From contig JAFAQW010000230.1 in assembly GCA_019245995.1 (NCBI GenBank), positions 1 to 24,876 on the forward strand: a DNA stretch of 24,876 nucleotides, written 5' to 3'. Position 1 is the stretch's first letter; each line of letters opens with the position of its first letter. Of the stretch, positions 15,444 through 23,223 are shown piece by piece. The position numbers were made by a program, and so were the translations under genes. The DNA comes from Vulcanimicrobiota bacterium. Lineage in GTDB: Bacteria; Vulcanimicrobiota; Vulcanimicrobiia; Vulcanimicrobiales; Vulcanimicrobiaceae. Below the pieces are notes generated by a model. The model saw only the letters and a list, made by a program, of their open reading frames with translations, searched no databases and was not told the origin of the DNA.

Positions 15444-18104
15444 ATGAAGTCGTGGGTTACTCCCTTGGCGATTGCGTTCGCCGTTTTTGCGTTCTCGAGC
15501 ACCCCGCGGATCGCACGCGCCGACGACGCCTCTGTGACGCGCGCAACGCTGCGCAATGGCTTGCGGGTGATTGCCGTGCGCGATCCGCTCGCTCCGGTCG
15601 CGGTGGCGATGCTGAACTACCGCGTCGGCGCCAACGAGCAGCAGTTCGCGGGTCAAGCGCACGCGCTCGAGCACATGATGTTCCGCGGAAGCGGCACGCT
15701 GTCGCAGTCGCAGCTCGCCGATATGGCCGAGCTATTGGGCGGCTATTGGGACGCCGACACGCAGTCCGAGATCACCCAATACTTCTTCATGGCGCCATCG
15801 CAGTATCTCGACCTCGTGCTGCGAATGGAGGCGTCGCGCGCTCGCGGCCTCACGCTTTCGCAGGCCGATTGGGAGATCGAGCGGGGTGCCATAAAGAATG
15901 AGGTGACCGCGGACTATAGCGATCCGCTCACCCATCTCTTCCTGCAGGTCGACCTGGCGATGTTCGCGGGCACGCCGTACGGAAACGACGGCCTCGGCAC
16001 GCTGCATTCCTTCGACACGCAAATCAACTCACCGCAGCTGCGCGCGCTGTACGATGCGTGGTATCATCCGAACAACGCGATTTACGTGATCGTCGGCGAC
16101 ATCGACCCGGCCCCGACCATCAAGCTCGTCGACAAGTACTTCGGCTCGATTCCCGCGGCGAAGCTGCCGCCCCGGCGTCCCGTGGGACTGGAGCCGCTGC
16201 AGCCGCAGACGATTCGCGTGGAGAGCGACAAGCCCTATACGGTCGTAGCGCTCGCGTATCGTTTTCCGGGCTATCGCAGCAAGGACTATGCGGCCGGTCA
16301 AATTCTGGAGAGCGCGCTCTCGAACCAGCGCTCCGATTTGTATGGCTTGGTGGCGTCCGGCAAGGCGCTTCAGGCAAACTTCCAGGACTTCGACACCCAT
16401 CCGCTCGCAGGCTCCGCCGCGGCGAGCCTCGTCGTTCCCGTGTCGACGACGCCGGCGCAGGCGCTCGCGATGTTGCGCTCGGTGATCGCCCAATACCGCA
16501 AGAACGGCGTGCTGCCCGCCTTGATCGAGGCCGAGAAACGCCGCGCGATCGCGGACGCGGAGTTCAAGGCAAACTCGATTGCGGACCTCGGATTCCAGTG
16601 GAGTCAAGCCGTGGCGGTCGAGGGACTCTCATCGCCCGACGACATTCTGAGGAACATTCGGCGCGTCTCCACGGGTGACGTCGATCGCGTGCTGCGGACC
16701 TACGTGGCGAGCCAGCACGAGATCGTGGGCATCGCCGCACCGAAGAACGCGGCCGCTACGTCGACGCCCGCAGCGCCTCAGGTGTCCAACGAAAACAAGC
16801 CGACGCTGCTTCATCACGATCCGCTGCCGGCCTGGGCGCAAGCGGCATTTGCGAACGTTCAAGTGCCGTCGTCGACCGTCAATCCGGTGGCTACGACGCT
16901 GTCCAACGGGATTCGATTGATCGTCGTGCCCCAACGAGTATCGCGCACCGTTGTCGTCCGCGGCTCGATCGCCAGCAACGAAGCGATGCAAGCGCCTGCG
17001 GGTAAGGACGGCATCGCCGATCTTACGGCGGGTCTATTGCCGTTCGGAACGACGACGCGCAGCCGCTTGGCGATGCGCGAGGCCCTGGACGCGATCTCCG
17101 CCGAGGTCAGCGCCGGAACTGAGTTTTCCCTCACGGCGCTTTCGAAGAATTTCGACCGGGGAGTGCAGCTGCTGGCGGATGAGGAGCTTCATCCCGCCTT
17201 CCCCGCTCCGGCGTTCGATGCGCTGAAGGCCGAAGAGCTGGGCTCCGTGCAAGGCGAAATTGCCTCGCCCGAACATAGCGCCGACGTCGCGCTGAACAAG
17301 GCGCTCTTTCCGCCCGGCGATCCGGCCCAGCGTTTTGCGACGCCGCAGAGCGTCGGGTCGCTGACCGTCGCGGACGTCAGAGGCTATTACGCGTCCGTCT
17401 ATCGTCCGGACATGACGACCATCGTCGTCGTGGGCGACGTCGAGCCGCAATCGGCGGCCGCTGTGATCGGCAGATATTTCGGCGGATGGAGCGCCGGCGG
17501 GCCCAAACCAGCCGTCGATCTGCCGCCCGTCGCGAACAACGCAGCCGCGAGCATCGAGGTTCCCGACACCGCTCGCATACAAGCGCAGGTTCAACTGGCC
17601 CAGGTGCTCTCCGTTACGCGGACTGACCCTGACTATGCGGCGCTGGCCGTCGCGAACGAATCGTTCGGGTCGGGCGGCGCATCGATTCTCTTTCACGACG
17701 TCCGCGACGTTCACGGCTTGGTCTACGACGTTCACACGGAGGCCGACTTCCTGAAGCGCCGCTCCACCTTTTCCGTGCACTTTGAGTGCGATCCGAGCAA
17801 GATCGAGCAGGCACAGTCGCTGATCATGGCCGATCTCAAGGCGCTCGCGACGACCGGACTTCAGTCCGACGAATTGGCGCGCGGAAGGGTGGCTCTCATC
17901 TCGCAGGTTCCGATGCGCGTGGCGAGTTTCAACGGCATCGCGCAGCAGTTGATCCACTATGCGGAGTCGGGGTTGCCGCTCGATCAAGCTACGATCGACG
18001 CGCGGCGCGAGATAGCGGTAACCAACGAGCAGGTCGTCGCGGCCGTCAATAAATGGCTGCGGCCGAACGACTTCGTGCGCGTGATTTTAGGCCCGGCTCG
18101 CTAG
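15444..18104 (+). CDS. Secreted M16 (pitrilysin/insulinase) zinc metallopeptidase, fused two-half M16B type (886 aa)
   Basis: ATG 15444 with TAAGG upstream; signal peptide ending ARA|DD; TLRNGLRV, inverted zinc motif HALEHMMFRGS, downstream ERGAIKNE; second half (TLSNGIRL) lacks HxxEH but has LFHDVRDVHGLVY. Confidence 0.92.
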   Translation: MKSWVTPLAIAFAVFAFSSTPRIARADDASVTRATLRNGLRVIAVRDPLAPVAVAMLNYRVGANEQQFAGQAHALEHMMFRGSGTLSQSQLADMAELLGGYWDADTQSEITQYFFMAPSQYLDLVLRMEASRARGLTLSQADWEIERGAIKNEVTADYSDPLTHLFLQVDLAMFAGTPYGNDGLGTLHSFDTQINSPQLRALYDAWYHPNNAIYVIVGDIDPAPTIKLVDKYFGSIPAAKLPPRRPVGLEPLQPQTIRVESDKPYTVVALAYRFPGYRSKDYAAGQILESALSNQRSDLYGLVASGKALQANFQDFDTHPLAGSAAASLVVPVSTTPAQALAMLRSVIAQYRKNGVLPALIEAEKRRAIADAEFKANSIADLGFQWSQAVAVEGLSSPDDILRNIRRVSTGDVDRVLRTYVASQHEIVGIAAPKNAAATSTPAAPQVSNENKPTLLHHDPLPAWAQAAFANVQVPSSTVNPVATTLSNGIRLIVVPQRVSRTVVVRGSIASNEAMQAPAGKDGIADLTAGLLPFGTTTRSRLAMREALDAISAEVSAGTEFSLTALSKNFDRGVQLLADEELHPAFPAPAFDALKAEELGSVQGEIASPEHSADVALNKALFPPGDPAQRFATPQSVGSLTVADVRGYYASVYRPDMTTIVVVGDVEPQSAAAVIGRYFGGWSAGGPKPAVDLPPVANNAAASIEVPDTARIQAQVQLAQVLSVTRTDPDYAALAVANESFGSGGASILFHDVRDVHGLVYDVHTEADFLKRRSTFSVHFECDPSKIEQAQSLIMADLKALATTGLQSDELARGRVALISQVPMRVASFNGIAQQLIHYAESGLPLDQATIDARREIAVTNEQVVAAVNKWLRPNDFVRVILGPAR

Positions 18105-18110
18105 CGGCGC

Positions 18111-19424
18111 CTAATATAATCGCAAGTACTGTTCCCGCTCCCACGGATGGACGGCGCGACGGTAACGATCGTACTCTTCGAGTTTAGCATCGCGAAACGC
18201 GTGGTACAGGTGGTCGCCGAGGGAGGCCCGCACGACGAGATCCCGGTCGAGCTCCGCGATCGCTTGCCGCAGCGACGTGGGCAGCATGCCGATGCCGCGC
18301 TCCCGCCGCTCGGCTTCCGTTAAATCGTAGGTAGAGCCCGAGAGCGGCGGGCCGGGCAGCATGCGGTTCGTGACGCCGTCGGACGCGGCGCCGATCAGAA
18401 CCGCGAGCGCTAGGTACGGATTGCAGGCGGGATCGGGGCTGCGCATTTCGATGCGGGGCCGCAGCGAGGGCGGCACCCGCACCAGCGCATTTGGGCTGCG
18501 CTCCGACCAAACCGTATAGATCGGCGCGTCCCATGCCGCGACGACACGCTTGTACGAGTTGACCGTAGGATTGCAAACGGCGGCGAGTGCGGACGCATGC
18601 GCGATGAGTCCGCCCACGACGTACAACGCGGTTTCGCGCTCGGTTTCCTCTCCGAGGAGAAAGTCGGCGTGCAAGCCGCTGCCGGCGCGTTCCGCGAGCG
18701 GCTTCGGCATGAACGTTGCTTCGAGTCCAAAATCGGCTGCAACGTGCTTGGCGATCGTTCGAAGCGTGAGCGCGTGATCGGCCGCGGCGAGCGGAGCATC
18801 GTGCGCGACGTCAATCTCGTGCTGTCCCGCGCCATGCTCGTGATGCGCCGCCACGATCGGCACTCCCATTTCGCGTAAGGCGGCGACGACGGCGTTGCGC
18901 GCGTCCTCGCCCCGATCGTCCGCGGAGAAATCGAAATACGAGCCGACGTCTGAGGTCGCCGTGGTTGGCGCTTCCGCCTCGGTACGCTCGAAGAGATAGA
19001 ACTCGACTTCAAAACCGACCCGCAGATCTCGCAGCGCCGGTGCGCTTTCGATTGCCCGGCGCAGCGTGGTTCGCGGGCACCCCTCGAAGGGGGAGCCGTC
19101 CGGCATCGCGATGTCGCAGATCAATCGCGCTTCGCTTCCATTGGGCGCGGCCTTCCAGGGATAGATTGCAAACGTAGCGGGATCAGGCAGCAGCACCATG
19201 TCCAATTCTTCGCCGCGTACGAATCCGTCGATCGATCCTCCGTCGAACGTAACTCGCCCGTCCAGCGCCGCATCCAGCCGGTCGACCGGAATCGAGACGT
19301 TCTTACTCACGCCGAAGATGTCGGCGAAGACCAAGCGCACGAAACAAACATTGCCGTCGTGAGCCGCTTTGCGCACGTCGCGTTTCCCCGGCGGCCGCGC
19401 CTCAGGACGCGTTGTGGAGCTCAT
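18111..19424 (-). CDS. Glutamine synthetase type I-alpha-like protein with altered active-site motifs
   Basis: VRLVFADIFG, FDGGSIDGFVR, GFEVEFYLF, HHEHGAGQHEI, FMPKP, NPTVNSYKR, RIEMRSPDPACNPYL, HPWEREQYL; colinear with B. subtilis-type GS. Start could alternatively be GTG 19376. Confidence 0.9.
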   Translation of the reverse strand: MSSTTRPEARPPGKRDVRKAAHDGNVCFVRLVFADIFGVSKNVSIPVDRLDAALDGRVTFDGGSIDGFVRGEELDMVLLPDPATFAIYPWKAAPNGSEARLICDIAMPDGSPFEGCPRTTLRRAIESAPALRDLRVGFEVEFYLFERTEAEAPTTATSDVGSYFDFSADDRGEDARNAVVAALREMGVPIVAAHHEHGAGQHEIDVAHDAPLAAADHALTLRTIAKHVAADFGLEATFMPKPLAERAGSGLHADFLLGEETERETALYVVGGLIAHASALAAVCNPTVNSYKRVVAAWDAPIYTVWSERSPNALVRVPPSLRPRIEMRSPDPACNPYLALAVLIGAASDGVTNRMLPGPPLSGSTYDLTEAERRERGIGMLPTSLRQAIAELDRDLVVRASLGDHLYHAFRDAKLEEYDRYRRAVHPWEREQYLRLY

Positions 19425-20529
19425 CTACGGCCACAGCCAAGCGAAGAGTGAGTTGATCGTGCGGGCTTTCCAACGAGCGCCCGCAGATTTCTGCGATTTG
19501 CCGCAAGCGATAGAAGACCGTGTGACGATGAACGAAGAGGGCCTCCGATGCGGTTTTGACGTTTTGGCCCGACGCGAAGTAGAGCTTCAGGGTTCGCTCC
19601 AGTTCCGTCTGGTGCTTGCGGTCGTACGTTCGGAGCGGCGCCAAGACTTGCGCGGCAAACTCTCGGAGGCGCTCGATGTCCGCGCCTTCGTAGACGACCG
19701 AGTAGGCGCCCAGCTCGTCGTACGCGACGACTCGCCCGCTGCCGTAGACGCGCTTGCCGACGGCCAGGGCGGCCCGTGCGGTCTGCGCGCCGCGCTGCAA
19801 CCGTTCGGGCGGAACGGCGACGCCCACTCCTCCGGAGACCCGCAGTTCCGGTTTGCGTTTGCGTGCGTTCTTCCCGAGGAGCACCGCAGCGGTTCCCGCA
19901 TTGCTGACGTCGACACTTCTCGGCGCCGGAACGAACACGAAGAGCGCCGTAGCGTTTTCCGTGAAGCCCAACTCTCCGGCCGAAGCAAAGGTCTCCGCGA
20001 CCAACGCGCGCAGATCGTTACGGTCCCGCGGGAACTCGCGCTCATGCTCGGATTCCAGCGCGACCGTGACGTAGAGGGGCGCGAGAGCGATGTTGCGTCC
20101 GGCGGCCGCCTCGCGGATCGACGCCGCATCGTGGAATGCATCGTGTAGAAGGCTCTCCCAGAAAGCGTCGCGTTCGCCGTGGCGACGCAGCGCGCGGCTG
20201 AGTTCAATGCCCACCGCAGCAGCCGTGAGTCGCAGCAGCAACTCGCCGCGAGCATCATCGCTGTCATAGAGCGATAGCCAGCCGACGTGGGCAGCGCCGG
20301 CCATCACGCGTTGCGCCTTTCCAGCGGCGGCGCGCTCGAGAATCGCTCGCGCACCGCCCGGCCCACAAGCGCTGCCGGCCGAAACGATTGCACGCCAGTG
20401 CGCGTCCTCCAAGAGGACGCTGCCGCCGCAAGCGGCGGCCAAGTGCGCCGCGAGTGCCTTCGGTCCTCCGCCCGAGGCGGCGATTGTCGCGAGCGCTTCG
20501 GTGTACTCGACGATCGCGTCGGGCGTCAC
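19402..20529 (-). CDS. PucR/CdaR-family transcriptional regulator (GGDEF-like core plus C-terminal HTH)
   Basis: C-terminal TLKLYFASGQNVKTASEALFVHRHTVFYRLRQIAEICG matches the PucR HTH pattern; central SGGVG…ARAALAVG; GTGA overlap with the upstream gene's stop. Confidence 0.9.
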   Translation of the reverse strand: MTPDAIVEYTEALATIAASGGGPKALAAHLAAACGGSVLLEDAHWRAIVSAGSACGPGGARAILERAAAGKAQRVMAGAAHVGWLSLYDSDDARGELLLRLTAAAVGIELSRALRRHGERDAFWESLLHDAFHDAASIREAAAGRNIALAPLYVTVALESEHEREFPRDRNDLRALVAETFASAGELGFTENATALFVFVPAPRSVDVSNAGTAAVLLGKNARKRKPELRVSGGVGVAVPPERLQRGAQTARAALAVGKRVYGSGRVVAYDELGAYSVVYEGADIERLREFAAQVLAPLRTYDRKHQTELERTLKLYFASGQNVKTASEALFVHRHTVFYRLRQIAEICGRSLESPHDQLTLRLAVAVDELHNAS

Positions 20530-21815
20530 GTTGCGGCGTGATGCGAATGATGGCGCGCGCGGAGGTGGGGGAGTTTCTTGGCGATCTCCTCGGGCATGAT
20601 CGCATCGATCGCATCGTCGACCGTCACGATCCCAAGCATCGTGCCGTGCTCGTCGACCACCGGCACCGCCAGGAGGTCGTACTTCGCGATCGTCGACGCG
20701 ACGTCAACTGCCGGCGTGAGCGGCGCCACCGTTACGAGGTCCCGTTCCATGATACGATCGATGAAGGCCGTTGGGAGCGCGAGCAGCAGCGATCGCAGAG
20801 AGAGCGCGCCCAGCAAATGATCGTCTCCGTCGACCACGTACAGGTAGTAGATAAACTCCGACACGGGAGCGATCTCGCGAATCTTGCGAATCGTCGCTTC
20901 CGTCGTGCGGTGCGGATAGATCCATACGTAGTCCGTGGTCATCAGGCCGCCCGCGGTATCTTCGGGATACTTCACGAGCTCGCGCAGCTCGCCGGCGGTG
21001 TAGGCGTTCATCTCCGCGAGCAGTTCCGACTGCCGTTCTTCCGGAAGCTCGGCGAGGAGGTCGGCCGCGTCGTCGGCGTCCATCTCCTCGATGATGTCGG
21101 CAGCTCTTTCGGTGCCGATATCCTCGATCAGCGTCTTGCGCGTCTCCGCGTCGAGATGTTCGAAGGCATCGGCGGCCGTCTCGTCGTCCAGTTGACCGAC
21201 GACGGCAGCAGCCTCGCGCGCAGAAAGCTCGCCGATGATCTCCGCAAGCTCCGAAGGATGGAGGCGCGCGAGACGGTGCTGTTTCACGGCAAGGCGCACG
21301 TGCGACGGATTGACCTCGCGAATGGGCGCGACGGAGTTCCACGCGATCATCGAACGCGGAACGGTCCCGAGGCGCGACAGCCAGCGACGCCCGAAGGAGC
21401 GCAAACCGAGCCGCCGCAGCAAGCCGGCGATACCGACGTCGGCCGCCACGACGCGGAGTTTGCCGCCGGTGTTTGCGACTTCGATGTCGTTGATTCGCAC
21501 GACCTTACGGCCGTCCACGTCGACGATTTGCTTGTCGAGCAGATCCGCGACCAGATAGAGCTCCTCGCTCTCCGGCGGCGCAGGCTCCTTCGGAGCGATC
21601 GTCAACGCGACGTTTCCGTGGTCGTCAACGTCGGCCAGTGTGTCGATCGGAGCAAAACGCAAGCCCTGCGGCGTCTTGATCACGAGGCCATCAACGGGCG
21701 GGAACGCATCGTCGGGTGTGCCGACCAGGAAGTCGGCCACCTTTCCGATTGGGTGATTCTGGATCGTGGCGGCACGTCCGACAAGATCCGAGATAAAACC
21801 CTGCGTGAAGGCCAT
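20526..21815 (-). CDS. Soluble MgtE-type protein: PRC-barrel region, MgtE N-domain and CBS pair, no transmembrane domain
   Basis: LLDKQIVDVDGRKVVRINDI (PRC-like), LHPSELAEII…MDADDAADLL (acidic MgtE-N repeats), YPEDTAGGLMTTDY, YYLYVVD, KYDLLAVPVVD…GIVTVDDAID (CBS); no long hydrophobic segment. Confidence 0.88.
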   Translation of the reverse strand: MAFTQGFISDLVGRAATIQNHPIGKVADFLVGTPDDAFPPVDGLVIKTPQGLRFAPIDTLADVDDHGNVALTIAPKEPAPPESEELYLVADLLDKQIVDVDGRKVVRINDIEVANTGGKLRVVAADVGIAGLLRRLGLRSFGRRWLSRLGTVPRSMIAWNSVAPIREVNPSHVRLAVKQHRLARLHPSELAEIIGELSAREAAAVVGQLDDETAADAFEHLDAETRKTLIEDIGTERAADIIEEMDADDAADLLAELPEERQSELLAEMNAYTAGELRELVKYPEDTAGGLMTTDYVWIYPHRTTEATIRKIREIAPVSEFIYYLYVVDGDDHLLGALSLRSLLLALPTAFIDRIMERDLVTVAPLTPAVDVASTIAKYDLLAVPVVDEHGTMLGIVTVDDAIDAIMPEEIAKKLPHLRARHHSHHAAT

Positions 21816-21859
21816 GCGTTGGCCTTAGGCGCGCTTGGGCGGAAAACCCCCGCTAGAAG

Positions 21860-23212
21860 CTAGGCCGCAAGCGGAGCGCGGCGCATCCATGCGCCGTCGC
21901 GAAGTTTCCACTGCGTAACGGCAGCGCGCACCGCCCACGCGGCGATCCAGCCCAGTCCCACGCTGTAGAGCCCTAGATGGAGGTGCTCGATGCCAAGGTA
22001 CGTCAGCGGAATTACCAGCGCGCTGCATACGACTCCGAGCACCATCGAAAAACGCGTGTCGCCCGACGCGCGGATCGGCGCCAGGGATAACATGGCCCAG
22101 CCTTTCAGCGGCAGCGTAATCATGTGTACGGCGAGCGGCAACGCGGCCAGCGTCGCCACGGCCGCGTTGAGCGTGAAAAGGTAGGCGAGCGGCCACGCCA
22201 GGGCCGCGGTCGCAATGCCCGTCAGCGTGGTGAGCGCGAACGAAAGCCGCGTGGCGCGATGGAAGAACCACCGTGCGCCTGCGACGTCGCCCGCGCCGAG
22301 GCGCTGTCCGATGATGATCTGCGTCGCGTTTTGTAGTGGGCTCGGCACGACGAACGTCAAGTCGGACACGACGTTGAGCGCGCGAAACGCGGCGACGGCC
22401 ATCGCGCCGAGTGGCGCCAGCATCGCGACGATGAAGATATCGGGAGCCATCACGCCGAGGAGAAAGACCGCTTCGGGCGATCCGAATCGGACGCAGCGCC
22501 ACGCCAAGCTCCACGAGACGCTAAGGTCGGAAAAAATGCGGTATTGCTGTCGTCGCGCGACGTAGACGATCGCGTAGATCGCCGCGATCGTTTCGGAGAG
22601 CAGCGACGAGACGCCGGCGCCGGCGATTCCAAAGGGATGATGGGTTCCCCATCCGAGCGCGAGGACGGCCAATAACGGCAGATGTACCGCGTTGACCACG
22701 AGCAGCACCCAAACGCCCAGTTGTCGATTTCCCGCCGCGGCCAGGCCCGTGATGAGCGTGCTCGACACGACGACGGGAACGATCGACGCGCAACGCAACG
22801 TCAAATACAGCGCGCTGGCGTGCGCACTGGGGAGGGCGCCCACGAGGGCCCGAACGACCGCATCGGCGGCAATGAGACTCACGCCGAAGGAGACCAAACC
22901 AACGATCAAAGGTCCTACGAAGCCGGCGCGAACCGTGCGCGCGAAGCCCTCGATGTCGCGGGCGCCGATGCGCTGCGCCGCGACGATCGACGTGCCGCTC
23001 ATGAAGCCGAGCGCTCCGAAGGATATCGCCAAAAAGATCGTGTTCGCCGCCGTGGCGCCCGCCAACGCGACGGCTCCAAGGCTCCCGATCGCGATCGTGT
23101 CCACGACGCCCAGCAGTTGGTCGCCCAGAATCTGCACGGCAACGGGAATCGAGAGGCGCCGGAACGCGGCGCCTACTGCGGTGTGGTCGACGATCATGGA
23201 GCGGGCGGCCAT
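21860..23212 (-). CDS. MATE-family efflux transporter (450 aa)
   Basis: Twofold-repeated ~12-TM pattern: VVDTIAIGSLG…ALAG, QRIGARD / QRLGAGD, GIAGAG, RASGDTRFSM. Start placed at ATG 23212 (or 23197), not 23356. Confidence 0.9.
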   Translation of the reverse strand: MAARSMIVDHTAVGAAFRRLSIPVAVQILGDQLLGVVDTIAIGSLGAVALAGATAANTIFLAISFGALGFMSGTSIVAAQRIGARDIEGFARTVRAGFVGPLIVGLVSFGVSLIAADAVVRALVGALPSAHASALYLTLRCASIVPVVVSSTLITGLAAAGNRQLGVWVLLVVNAVHLPLLAVLALGWGTHHPFGIAGAGVSSLLSETIAAIYAIVYVARRQQYRIFSDLSVSWSLAWRCVRFGSPEAVFLLGVMAPDIFIVAMLAPLGAMAVAAFRALNVVSDLTFVVPSPLQNATQIIIGQRLGAGDVAGARWFFHRATRLSFALTTLTGIATAALAWPLAYLFTLNAAVATLAALPLAVHMITLPLKGWAMLSLAPIRASGDTRFSMVLGVVCSALVIPLTYLGIEHLHLGLYSVGLGWIAAWAVRAAVTQWKLRDGAWMRRAPLAA

Positions 23213-23223
23213 ACCCGCTAAGA

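Noticed and set aside
21816-21859. Possible Mg2+ riboswitch or terminator ahead of the MgtE-like gene (GCGG-AAAACCC-CCGC hairpin)
   Set aside because: 44 nt is far too short for an M-box, the stem is 4 bp, and no downstream U-tract follows on the coding strand.
20388-21863. 491-aa plus-strand ORF antisense to the MgtE-like gene (also 17034..17987 against the M16 gene)
   Set aside because: Mirror-frame artefacts of strongly biased codon usage on the coding strand; no recognisable motifs.
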